Shown here in pieces: positions 1 through 12,543 of a stretch of DNA of 64,000 bases. Under the pieces are notes generated by a model that saw nothing but the letters and a program-made list of their open reading frames with translations, was not told the origin of the DNA and did no database searches. Made by a program: the position numbers and the translations under genes. Every line of letters begins with the position of its first letter. Positions within the stretch are counted from its first letter, which is position 1. This DNA is from Phaeosaccion multiseriatum (taxonomy: Eukaryota > Protista > Ochrophyta, other classes): assembly GCA_965112735.1 (NCBI GenBank), contig OZ218952.1:992001-1056000 (forward strand). Direction: 5' to 3'.

Positions 1-3000
1 ACTTTTGGCCTTGCGTTTCAGCTCCCCTGCACCCCAAAAGTCACGACCTCCAGCAATGACAGTAGGATTGGCACCAAGCGCCCTCGCACCCTGAGTGGTG
101 CTCTCAACAGCAGTAGTAGTAAAAGCAGTAGTATTCTACTGGTACGCAGTAGCAGAGGCACAGGCCGCGCATGGAGAAGAGGAATAGTCTCTTCTTCGAG
201 AGGGCTTTCTCTCCAGAGGAAAGGCGCTGAGGGGCGCAGAAGCAGCTCCCTGTGGGCAGGTCTTCCCGCGGCGCTTGCCCTGAACCCGGGCCTCAAGTCC
301 AACCCCTGGTATGTCTGGACGCTGCTCATGGCGACGTCGTCGGCAGGGCTGGCGGCAGAGAAGACCAAGGCTGGCGCAGCGTTGAGCAGCCCTCTCACTA
401 CCATGCTGCTGACCCTCGGACTGTGCAATTTGAAACTCTTGCCCGCAACGTCGCCAGCGTACGATACAGTCAACAAGGTGAGAACAGCAGCAAAGGGGAG
501 GGCAGCAGCAGAGAACGAATTGGCATGATGGCCGTCTATCCATACGTGTGGCTGGGCGATCGAGGTGGAGGAGGGACGGAGGAGGGCTGCCCACAGCGAG
601 CGCATGCGATCAAAGCGTTTGATAATGGTGTGACTGTGACGCGAAGACAAGGAGGGCTCGAGCAGACCTGAAGGGAGGGGGCAGCCCTCCAGCAGCCATA
701 GCAACTCGTCCAAACGGTCGGTCTCTTCACCCCCCCCCCCGCCCTCCTCCTTCCCCTCCCCCCGCCACGCCCTTTCCGGTAGGTGCTGGTCCCCTTGGCG
801 GTGCCCCTACTGCTGTTTGATGCCGACTTACGCAAGGTGATCAAGTACTCGGGCACGCTGTTGGCGTGCTTCGCGCTCGGGGCTCTCGGCACCGTCATTG
901 GAACACTCGTGGCGTACAAGGTAAGGTGTGTTGTGCACCGTGTGAAGTATATATGCGTACATCTTTCTCTCTCTCTCTCCCTCTCCCTCTCCCTACGAAC
1001 GTACTGTAGTATTCCAAGCTTTTGGTTCACTCACTCGGCCTTTCCCGCCTGCGAGAAAGGGGGGTGGTGGGGTAGCGGGGTAGCGTTTGAACAACAGTTC
1101 CTCTTCTCACAATATAATTACCCTATGCAAAGTAAGACCATCACCCAACCAACCAACCAACCAACCAACCAACAATCCATCACCCCCAACCTCCAACCCT
1201 TACCCTCTCACCTCTCCCACACTCAGCTCGTCCCTCTGGGTATGGGGGCAGACGGGTGGAAGGCGGCCGCTGGTCTGGCGGCCAGACACATCGGAGGTGC
1301 TGTCAACTTCGTTGCTGTGGCTGAGACGCTGGGTATGAGCTCGGAGGCGGTTGTAAGTAGTCCGGAGCTTACTGTACCAATACTTTGAATTTAAATTGAC
1401 TGCAGCGGCTGTGCGAGTGCCAGTAAAATGGCGACACTAACACTAACCTTTAACTCAGTCACTACTCACGTAAACTACCGTTCTTCATTGACTTGTTGTT
1501 GCCTTTTGTCGTATTGTACAGGTGGCGTCTCTGGCGGCGGACAATGTGGTCATTGCGGCGTACTTCATGTTCCTCTTCGGCGTAACCGCAGAAGCTTCCG
1601 CCGAGGAGGAGGAGCGAGACTCAGAGGCAGCAGCAGATGCCAAGGCTCCGGCTACGGCTGTGGCAAAGGATGGAGGAGCAATCGTCGCTTTGGAAAGCGT
1701 ATCTGCGGAGGTAAGCAGCGCTGAGGGTAAGGGTGTGAGCAAGGAGAGCCTCTCGGTGGCGCTGTCTCTGGCGCTTCTCTTCCATATGACTGCGGACCTC
1801 TGTGCCAAGAGATTCTTCCGAGGAGGGGTTAGCCCCATTCCCATCGGTGAGTGATAACTGAGGAGGAGGAGGAGGAGGAGGAGGAGGAGGAGGAGGGGGA
1901 GGAGGAGGAGGAGGAGGGGGAGGAGGAGGAGGAGGAGGAGGAGGAGGAGGAGGAGGAGGAGGGGGAGGAGGAGGAGGAGGAGGAGGAGGAGGAGGAGGAG
2001 GAGGAGGAGGAGGAGGAGGAGGAGGAGGAGGAGGAGGAGGAGGAGGAGGAGGAGGAGGAGGAGGGGGAGGAGGAGGGGGAGGGAGGCAAGGAGGAGGTGC
2101 ATCCCCGGGACCTTCCCCCCGGCCAAAGCTCACTCATCGGTACGGCACTCACTCACTCACTGCCTCTTCCCCTTCTCCCCCCCCGTCCTCCACCCCCTTC
2201 TCTCCCCCCTTCTATCCCCCCTGTCGACCCTCTGCCCCGCCCCCCCCCTTTCATCCCTCTGCTGTCCTCCCCCCCCTGCTGCTGCCCCCAAGCCACCCTC
2301 TTTACGGTGGCGGCGGCGAGCATCTTCCCTAAGAAAATGGGCGCTTTGGGGCCCGTTGGCGCCATCGTCGGGTGAGTGAGTGAGTGAGTGAGTGAGTGAG
2401 TGAATGCCTGAGTGAGTGAGGGAATGGAGGAGAGTGAGTGAGTGAGTGAGTGAGTGAATACCTGAGTGAGTGAGGGAATGGAGGAGAGTGAGTGAGTGAG
2501 TGAGTGAGTGAGTGTGTGAGTGAGTGAGTGAGCAAGTGGGAAAGTTAGTGAGTGAATGATCTATATACTTTCGAGCGTTCAGTGAGTCGGTGAGTGAGTG
2601 AATGATTGAGTGTGTGCGTGCGTGTATGTGTGTGTGTAATGGCGCGCTCCTTATTGCGAGCGGACCTCTTCTGCAACCTCCTCGAACGCATCCATTCCTC
2701 CGCACTCTCGCCCTCTTACTCTTACCCCTCGTGACCCCTGACCATCCATCCGCCACCATCCACTGCCCCCCCCCCCACCCCCTCCTTCTCCTCCTCCTCC
2801 TCCTCCTCCTCCTCCTCCTCCTCCTCCTCCTCCTCCTCCTCCTCCTCCTCCTCCTCCTCCTCCTCCTCCTCCTCCTCCTCCTCCTCCTCCTCCTCCTCCT
2901 CCTCCTCCTCCTCCTCCTCCTCCTCCTCCTCCTCCTCCTCCTCCTCCTCCTCCTCCTCCTCCTCCTCCTCCTCCTCCTCCTCCTCCTCCTCCTCCTCCTC

Positions 3001-4274
3001 CTCCTCCTCCTCCTCCTCCTCCTCCTCCTCCTCCTCCTCCTCCTCCTCCTCCTCCTCCTCCTCCTCCTCCTCCTCCTCCTCCTCCTCCTCCTCCTCCTCC
3101 TCCTGCTCCTCCTCCTCCTCCTCCTCCTCCTGCTCCTCCTCCTCCTCCTCCTCCTCCTCCTGCTCCTGCTCCTCCTCCTCCTCCTCCTCCTCCTCCTCCT
3201 CCTCCTCCTCCTGCTCCTCCTCCTCCTCCTCCTCCTGCTCCTCCTCCTCCTCCTCCTCCTCCTCCTTCTCCTCCTCCTCCTCCTCCCCGCACCCACCCAG
3301 CGTCCTCTTCATGCAGCTCTTCTTCGCCACTACGGGTGCGTGTGGCGACCTTGGTCTCGTCATGTCCACCGCACCCCTGCTGTTGCTCTTTTCCGTTGTA
3401 CAAATGGTGGTAAGTAAGATGCAGAAGGAAGGCAAACATACGAAATGGGATAATAGGAGGAGGAGGAGGAGGAGGAGGAGGAGAAGAAGCAGCGAGCACA
3501 TTAGCGCCTGGGTGGAGTAGGAATAGTGGCGACGGCAAGAAGGAAGGGAGGAGTAGTACTGTGGCGTGGGAGTGTAAACAGAGGCTCCGCTGTATAGAGT
3601 CTTTAACCACGAGTCCTATTCACCATCCTCTCACCACTACTTCTCCCAACCTTTCCCAACCTCCCCACCCACCTTCTTCTACCCCTTTCTCCCTGCGACA
3701 CGTACTTTCGACCCCACCCACCCACTCACTATCCACCCATCGATCCACCCATCCATCGATCCATCAATCCATCCATCCATCCATCCATCCATCCATCCAT
3801 CCATCCATCCATCCATCCATCCATCCATCCATCCATCCATCCATCCATCCATCCATCCATCCATCCATCCATCCATCCATCCATCCATCCATCCATCCAT
3901 CCATCCATCCATCCTTCCATCCATCCATCCATCCACCCATTCATCCATCCATGCACCCACCCACCTACCCATCCATCCATCCATCCATCCACCATCCACC
4001 CACCCTCCCATCCTCACCCACCCCACCCCTGTATCACCAACAGGTCCATTTCGGCTTCCTCGTGCTGACAGGCCGAGCGTTACGCCTCCCGTTCCGCGAG
4101 CTTTGCCTCGCCTCCAACGCCAATGTAGGGGGTCCGACAACGGCCGCCGCCATGGCTGCGGCAAAGAAGTGGAAGAGTCTGGTGTTGCCGGCCCTCCTCA
4201 CCGGCATCTTGGGGTATGCAACGGGGACGTTTGTTGGGGTTGGCCTAGGGCAGACGGTGCTGCGGTTGATGTAG
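1..4274 (+). CDS. DUF819-family multi-pass membrane protein, probably plastid-targeted; 5'-partial; 7 exons
   Basis: In-frame exons <1-477, 783-920, 1227-1352, 1522-1846, 2293-2371, 3301-3409, 4044-4274 with GT-AG boundaries. DUF819-type motifs: [74 protein letters not shown]. The N-terminus TFGLAF-QLP followed by a Ser/Arg-rich stretch resembles a bipartite plastid presequence. Confidence 0.88.
1857..3290. repeat. Intronic microsatellites (GAG)n, (GTGA)n and (CCT)n in the DUF819 gene
   Basis: Directly visible: (GAG)n ~1857-2085, (GTGA)n ~2372-2530, (CCT)n ~2780-3285. Confidence 0.95.
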
Positions 4275-5168
4275 AGGGAGGCAGGCAGGGAGGGAGGGAG
4301 AGGGAGAGGAAGATGCGGCCCCTACCTAGTACTTCTCCTGCTTGGGTCTTCTGTGACAAAGAGTGGTGCGGTCGGCCCCCCCGGACAGACGGGTTGGATT
4401 GGCGACCGCTCTCGTCAGTCTCGTCGGGGCCTGGTGGCACTTAACAAAATTAAAACTTTGAAAAAAAAAAAATGCCACTTGAGGGTATCGAATCCTCCTC
4501 TCGCAGTGGGACAGGACAGACACCCGCGTCCGACAGGTATTAGTAAGAAAAGAAAGCGGCTGCTGTGTTGCAGAGAGGCTTGGCGCTCCTTGTCCTTCTC
4601 CACCAGCTGGGGAAGGAATGACACATAGAGGGAGGAGGAAGGAAAGACCAAACATCCTGAGGAGGGAGGAGGTGAGAGGAAAGAAAACGCTGATTGACAT
4701 GTCAAAAAGCTTTGTCAAGCAGTGAAGGGGAGGAAGGAAGGCTTACGACCAGCAGCTGTGCCCGAGGACATACAGAAGAATGCGAGCATCGCTAGTAGTC
4801 GGGTGTGTGGGGCGTGGAGGGCGGCTAGGGCGGCTTTCTACTCGGCTGTAACTCTGTTCAACCCCGCAAGTTGAGGAACCCAACCTTCATTCCGTTCTCC
4901 CTCCTCCTTGAACCCCATATCCCTCCCGCCTCCCCCTCCCACCATCGTCTCTATGCATAGCCACAGCTCAGCAGCAGGGGCTGAAGGAATATAATCCCAA
5001 TCGGGCGGCCCGCCCGGGCCGTGGGGGAACTTCGAAGGGGGGGGGGGGAAGGACCCCGAAGCAGCAACAGGCGCGGGTGGCAGTGCGGCAAGAGATAGAG
5101 CGCACGCAGACGACGTAGGACAAGGGACGCGTGTGCAGTCCCATGCGTGACACACCTTCTCTCTGTAG

Positions 5169-8100
5169 CGAGGAGTCGAGCCCTTACCTCCGCTCACAGG
5201 TGGAACGCCGCCCAGCAGGGCGGGGGCCGCACTTCCCTTTCTACTGCCGGTAAGCGTGCATATGATGATATTGCTACTGCTTGTGATTTCTATGCTTCAT
5301 GCATCGGCGGTGATTCCTTCCAGCTCTCTTGGGCTTGGCTTCTGTGTGCAGCTGCCCGAGCTTGAGCTTTTCGGCGTCTGTTCACCGACGGTGAATCTCT
5401 CCCCAGTCTTGCTGCCATGCGGGTGTGTGTTGTGTGTGTGTGTTGTGTGGGTGGGTGTGTGTGCGTGTGCATACCTTGTGAGTGTGTGTGTGTTCGCGCG
5501 CGTGTGCGTGAGTGCGAGCCTATGCTCTTCTATACCCGCGCGTAGCCTGATTGCAGCCCCGCCCGCCCCCTATTACGTTACATTGCATTGCGTTATGTGT
5601 GACTGTGCACAGGGAGAAATACCCGCGCACCATGGGCATCGACTTCCGGAAGCTGTCCACAAAGTAAGTAGGGCCCTCCCTTGAGGAACTTTGCTTATCA
5701 GCAGTGAGCCACCCCTTCGCTCTCACTCTCTCACCCATCAGCACCGTAACGCCCTCACTCCCTTGGGATCTTATCTCTCGCTCTTGCTCTTCTAATCCTA
5801 CTAAGTCTAACTCGCAACCTTGCCCCTTCTCCGACTCGCTTACTCGTATATCACCAGGGCGCTGATGAATTACATCAGTCACCACGACATCAACGTCCGT
5901 CCTGACAGCACACAGGTGGAGCTCGCCGTCGCTGTGGCCAGGTGTGTTTCAGTTTCAGCTCTCAGTACGGTGGGCGCGGTGAAGGAAGACGGAAGGGAGG
6001 GGGGGGGCAGACAGACAGAGGGGAGTGTCAAGACGCGGGGTTGGGGGGGGGGGGGGGCTGCGAGCCACACGACTACTCATTGACCATAACGAACGAGGAA
6101 GGCTCCGAGAAAGCTCAGGGGTGTCCCCCTACGCCGGCAACCCCTCCCCCCCTGGGCCTCTCGAACCTCCTCTCTCCCCCGCCTCCCCTGCCGCCGCCGC
6201 CCCTCTCTTCTCCCTCTGCTCCCTGTATCTGCTCTCCGGCCGCACTCCTGCCCCGTCTGTCCATCCACTGCCGTCCACCTCCTGCCCTCCATCCATCTCT
6301 TGCCATCTTATCCCCCTCTTCCCCCCCCCTTTTCTCCTTCACTTCCTTGTCCTTTTCTCCTTCCCCCTCTGTCCTTCCTTCCTTCTGCCCAAAACAAAGG
6401 CATTTTGAGGGATGGCGTGTGGATGAGGAAGCAACCCTCACCAACTTTTGTACAGGACTCACATATGGCGGCACCCTGAATGACCACACGGGCAGGGGCG
6501 TGGGCGACGAAGAAGCCACCAAGCGCAAACGCAAACCTTCATATGAGTACATACCCACCACCCCGCAGCAGCCGGCCAAGGTGCCTCGTCTCGGCCATTC
6601 CCTGGACCTGGTTGGGGGGGGCGCGATGCCCAAGCTTGCCATCACCACCGCCAACCTCGGCGGTACCGACTTTTACGGTGGAGGCGGGGGGGGGAGACAG
6701 GGGGGTAGAGGAGGAGGGGTGGGGGGCGACGTGGGGGTAGGTGGGACGGGGAATTCTTCGCTCACCATACATCCTTCGCCGCAGGTGAGAGGGGAGGGGA
6801 GAGAAGTAGTAAGAGGGTTTTGCTTGCGACAATTTCAAATGTACTTCTTTGCTTGCTTTCGTTCCTCCCTCTCTCCTCCCTCTCCTCTCTCTCTCTCTCT
6901 CTCTCCTCCCTCTCCCTTCCTCTTTGACCTCTTACTCTGCTCTCTCTGTCCCACCCACTCTCTCTTTCTCCACAGGACCAAGTGGCGGTGGAGGTGCCTG
7001 CCGCAGAGGGAGGAGCGGAGGCTGAGGATGGCGGCGAGTCAGGCACAGGCAGCTCCAACTGGATCTTGGCCAGAGTCGTGCACTACAACGCGAGGGACGA
7101 CACCTACGAGGTCCAAGACGAGGTGAGAGAATGAGAGCACAGTGAGAGAGCAGTGAGAGAGCAGTGAGAGAGCCGTTTGGTACGAGAAAACATCTTGTCC
7201 TGTGTAAGGGGTGTTTTATGCCTGACTCGGCTCCCCCCCCCTCCCGCCTCTTTGAACGGATAAACTACCTCTCGGTCTCCTTCCCCTCGCCTCCTCCCCA
7301 CCCCCCCAATCGACAGGAGGACGACCTCCTAGGCATGGGCCCTGCCGGCTCCCTGCCCCCCTCTCCCTCCTCCCCCCCCTCTCCCTCCTCCTCCAGCCTC
7401 CTCAGCCAACAAGGAGTCAACCCCTCCTCCCCCTCCACTCGAAGTCCTCGCCGCTGTATGCGCCTCCCGTCCTCCTCCGTGATCCGCCTCATGGACAGCG
7501 TTGCCAACGTGTCGAGGGGAGACACCGTGCTCGCTGTGTTCCCTGACACCACCTCCTTTTACAAGGCTCGAGTCGTCAAGGTGTGTATATATATATATGT
7601 ATTAGGTTGGTTCATTTCATTTTTGCTTTTTCTTTTCTTCCTTTTTTTTCATATCCGATGTGGAGAAGTGATAGCTTTGTTGCGCTTTCGGAGCTCTCAC
7701 CGTCGTTTTGTGTCGTGGAGGAGAGAGAGAGAGAACAGAGGTGGAAGAGAGAGGAGAACAGAGGTGGAAGAGAGAGGAGAACAGAGGTGGAAGAGAGAGG
7801 AGAAGTGATGGCTGTGGAAGAGAGAATGAAGAGGAGGAGATGCTCTTCCCTTCGACCCTCTCTCTCTCTCATCCTCTCTTCTTGTCTTCCTGTCTTCCCT
7901 TCGACCCTCTCTTCCTTTCTTCCTCCCCTCCTCTCTGCCTCCCCTCCTTCCTTCCTTCCTTCCTTCCTTCCTTCCTTCCTTCCTTCCTTCCTTCCTTCCT
8001 TCATTCCTTCCTTCCTCTCTTCCTCTTGTCAAAAGGTGCCCAAGTCAGGCAGTGAAGTGGTGGTACTCAAGGTGGGTGTGTGGGTGGATGGGATACGTCA

Positions 8101-9880
8101 ATGGGTGTGTGGGTGTGTGGGTGGGCGTATGAGTGGGCGTATGAGTTGGTGTATGGGTGGGTGGTTGGGTCAAGTGAAGTGGTACCGTAGGGGGTAAGTG
8201 AAGTGGTGCCTCAGTGCCTCAGTGATTGGTGGCGAGGTGTTGCAATATTGAAATGACGTTTCGCTTCTCCCTCTTGCCGCCGCCGTGTCCATCCATCCAT
8301 ATATCCATCTATGAATCCATCCATCCATCCGTCCGTCCACCCATCCATACATCCGTCCATCCGTCTATCTATACCAATGCTATGAATGCCCTTTCCTTTC
8401 AGTTCTTCGACGACACGGACAAGCAGAGGCGTACCCCGCACCGCAAAATGCCTGCTCGCTTCGTGCTTCGTCTCAACCCCGCCGGTCGACCCGAACAGAC
8501 CATTCCGCAGTCACACAGCACCACGCCGAGGCGGAAAGCGGGCAACTCTTATTCTCCCCTGAACCAGCCTCGAGGAGGAGGAGGAGGAGGAGGAGGAGGA
8601 AGAGGACGCCACACCTCTTCACCCCCCCCTAGTTCCGGCCCCAGCGGCAGGAGAGACCGGACGAGCGACGGTGCAGCAACAGCAACAGCAGGAGGGCGTA
8701 GGGCAACCAAAGATCGGGACGGAGGGGGAGGAGGGGAAGGGCAACAGGAGGGGCCAGGGCAGGGGCCAGTGCAGCAGAAGGGAGCAACGTATGGTGACAT
8801 GATTGCACACGCTCTCAACAAGCTGCCGAATCGCGTAGGTTCGTTTAAGGAGATTTGCGGTGTGCTGGAGCTGGACTTCACGGACAACCTCAACTGGAAG
8901 CTGGAGAGGTGAGTGAGTGTGTGTCTGGGTGAATGGGTGTCTGAGTGAGTGGGTGTCTGGGTGAGTGGGTGTCTGGGTGAGTGGGTGTCTGAGTGAGTGG
9001 GTGTCTGAGTGAGTGGGTGGGTGGGAGAGTGCGTGGGTGTCTGGGTGAGTGGGTGTCTGGGTGAGTGGGTGTCTGGGTGGGTGGGTGGGAGAGTGCGTGG
9101 GCGGGGCAGGAGGTGGGGGGGGAGAAGAAAGAGAGGGGAGGGGAGGGGAGGGGAGGGGGGGTGGGGTTAGGGTGTAGGCTTTCTCTTTTGCGTTGCTCGT
9201 CTCTGGTCCGGATGTCTATTGCTCTCTTCCCCCGCCTGCCGTTACGTTGTTCGTTCTTCTCACCATGGTCACACACCACGGCCCCCTCATCCCTCACCTC
9301 CCCACCTCCCTCACCTGCAGCGATCTAAGAAAGACACCCGTGTGGAAGTCGTCCGTACGAAAGATGTGAGTGAGTGAGTGAGGCTGAGTGAGTGAGTGAG
9401 TGAGTGAGTGAGTGAGGGAGTGAGTGAGGGAGTGGGTGAGGGAGTGAGTGAATGAGTGAGTGAGTGAGTGAGTGAGTAAAGCCATAAGTTGGTTGTCCAC
9501 ATGATTGGTTGGTGCCGCGCTGAAGATGGTTGATGGACTTCAGTGGTTGGTGCTGCGCTTGACTCAACCTCCCTTCACCTCCCTCACTTTCCGCCCATTT
9601 TCCCGGCACATTTTTTTTACGTGTATACTCTGTCTCCCTTTCTTTCTCTCATGCCCTCTCCTTTCTCTCTCTCATGCCCTCTCCTTTCTTTCCTCCCCCC
9701 CCCCCTCTCTCTGCCACACACACGTGCGCACACACACACACACACTCCGCTCCCGTCCTCTCTCTCTCTTTCCTCCTCTTCCGGCCCCTTTTGCTCTCTC
9801 CCCATGCCAGCTTGTTCTCCAATTCGAGATTTACACACGCAAATCCGAAAGACAAGAATGCCTTCACTTTCTCTCGCTGA
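5169..9880 (+). CDS. Chromatin protein: SAP30 Sin3-binding-like domain + SGF29-type tandem Tudor + C-terminal forkhead/winged-helix-like domain; start codon not located
   Basis: Exons 5169-5249, 5613-5663, 5858-5941, 6400-6784, 6976-7122, 7317-7580, 8036-8071, 8403-8908, 9321-9365, 9811-9880 join in frame. SAP30-like: [56 protein letters not shown]29 Tudor: [48 protein letters not shown]. Winged-helix-like: [39 protein letters not shown]. Confidence 0.8.
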
Positions 9881-12072
9881 GTCTGCTGAGCAGGAGCGCG
9901 TCTCGCATGGAGGAGGAGTGGAGGAGGAGGAGGAGGAGGAGGAGGAGGAGGAGGAGGAGGAGGAGGAGGAGGAGGAGGAGGAGGAGGAGGAGGAGGAGCA
10001 GAGGGGAGGAGCAGAGGGGAGGAGCGCCGAACCCAGGGCTTGGGTGGGTGGGTTTGGTGGGGTCGAGGCTATGTAGCCAAATGGCAACAGATGGCAGACG
10101 CCACAACCACATTGTACAAAAAGAGCGAGCGGGGGCAGAGGTGCAGGCCCACGCACGCACACACATATACACATCCAAAAAGAGAGGGAAGAGGGAAGAG
10201 GGAGGGAGCACTTCACACGTTGTCACACCTTCATGTCAAAAGCGAACAGTGAGGAGTGTATAGCTCTCCAAAAGGCGAGGAATGAGGTGGAAATAAATCA
10301 GGGAGGGAGTGGAGTGGACTTTTGTGAACAAGGGTAAGACAAAGGATACTAAGTAGTGAGAGAAGGGGATGTGGTGAGGGAGGGAGGGGAGGATACAAAA
10401 ATGTATTTGGCAAAGTGAAGTAGCGTCGTTGTGTTGGGGGGGGGGGGGGGGGGGGGAGTGTATACTCGTTTAGGCACATACACACAAACACACACACACA
10501 CACACACATATATATCCACGTGCACGAGGGATGCACCGCACTGTACACAGTCAGCCACAAATAGCTCAGAAATAGCTCGAAGAAGAAGAAAGTACAGAGG
10601 TGGGCGTCCAAACAAACCAACAGGAAAGGAAGGGGAGGGGATTGTACAAGTAGCTGAAGAAAGGGAGAGGGAGAGGGTGTAGAATTAATTGTGCACCCAA
10701 CCCCGTCCCCTCCCATTGTAAGAATAATAAAATGTATGTTTGTATTAAGAGAGATAACTGGGTGAACGGACAGCTAATCGGTTTTGCTGCAAACTCTGAA
10801 GGATACAGGTTGTTTGAGGTTCCGATGGCTTTATTGTGCCTCCCTTACCTATGGCTACTCTGGACGCTGAGCAGAAATTCACACGCACCTGTGGAAAGTG
10901 GAAAAAGGGGGGGGGGGGGGCGAGGGGGGGCTAATTTTCCCAGCGGACAGACACCCAATTCCCTTACGTGCCGTACTTATGTAAGGATGTGACGTACTTA
11001 CGTAAGTATGCGACGCACTTACGTAAGTTTCTAAAAGTAATATCTTTTCCAGATTTCAACACAAATTTGACCCTTAGTAACTTACTCCCGACTTCTAAAG
11101 GTGGCAATGTGTTCGTAAGAGGCAGGGCCAAGACAGGGAGGCAAGTACGGCGCCAGTAGTGGCTAAAGAAGAAAAAGAGGGGGGGGGGGGGGTGGGGGGG
11201 GTAGGCCCTGTCCGCAAAACGGGTGTGTCCGCCCACCCAGTTATCTCTCTTACGAAGTAGTTGTATAAAAACTGTTTTTTTGTTTTTGTTTTTTTCCCTT
11301 CCTTTCCCTTCACTCTCTTTTTTTCTACTTTTCTTTTTACTACTTACACGTCTCCCTGGGAGTCAGGGAGACACACGCAGGGCCAGCGCATAAGCCCCTC
11401 AAGTAAGCACTCAAAACTTGGGGGAAAATACAGGTGCTCTTGCTTAGCGTTGCCTACGGTGCCCTCTGGATTGGTCTGACAAGTGACCCGCCTTCCTCCT
11501 CCTCCTCCTCCTCCTCCTGCTCCCTTTCCTCCCTCGTCCTCCTCCCGCACGGCTTTCTCTGTTCTTGCACAACCTTCTCGGAACTTACCTCCTGAAACGC
11601 CACCCCCCCCCCCCCCTCCCTGCCCCTTTCTCCTGCTCGACTCCTTCTGCGGTCACTGCTGATGGGAGGGCCGGGCCGTGAAGCCTACGAGCCGCGTGTG
11701 TGTGCCTGAGACAAGAAGAGGGGAGAGAGAGAGAGAGAGAGAGAAACAGACAGACACATCCAGAGAAAAAGAGGGAGAGCGAGAGAGAGAGAGAGAGAGC
11801 GAGAGAGAAAGCGAGAGAGAGAGCGAGAGAGAGAGAGAGAAAGCGAGAGAGAGAGAGAGCGAGAGAGAAAGCGAGAGAGAGAGCGAGAGAGAGAGCGAAA
11901 GCGAGAGCACGGCACGTGTGAAGGAAGGCAGAAGTATGGCGCTCGTGGAATGGTGCATTGAAGCTTGACCTGTATCACCAACTGGGGATGAGGCGTCCGT
12001 CCCTACACCGCTTGTCGCCCCCGAAAGAGATGCACCCTCCCCCACCCCGCCTCCCCGTCTCCTCCTGGCTCC

Positions 12073-12496
12073 CTAGCCCTGCGCTCTGCCCTTGGTGCCG
12101 CCCAGGTTGCCTGTGTGGTGCTTCAACTCACAGTTGGCCCAGTTAGCACAAAACCCCTCCTGTAGGTGGGTGGGTGGGTGGGTGGGTGGGCGCGTCATAC
12201 CAGAGAGAGACAGAGAGGAGAGGGAGAAAGAGAGGAAGGGAGATAAGATGTGTGGAGAGAGAGTGAGAGAGAGGGGAGGGAGAAGTAGAGGAAGGGAGGT
12301 AAGACGTGTGGAGAGAGAGAGTGAGAGAGAGGGGAGGGAGAAAGAGAGGAAGGGAGATAAGATATGTGGAGAGAGGGAGAGAGAGAGTGAGAGAGAGGGC
12401 GTACTCGGGGGGAAGGGGAAGACACACTTGGAAGAGAGAGCTGGCGTCTTTGACGCAAGAGGGAGGAACTTGGAAGAAGAAGAAGAAGAAGAAGAA

Positions 12497-12543
<47 letters not shown>

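Noticed and set aside
1485-3610. Long poly-L/P/R/G/E ORFs here, and similar GREG/PPSL/VCLS ORFs at 23058-23844, 25807-26502 and 28715-29680
   Set aside because: These are translations of intronic microsatellites that lack stop codons; the real exons splice around them.
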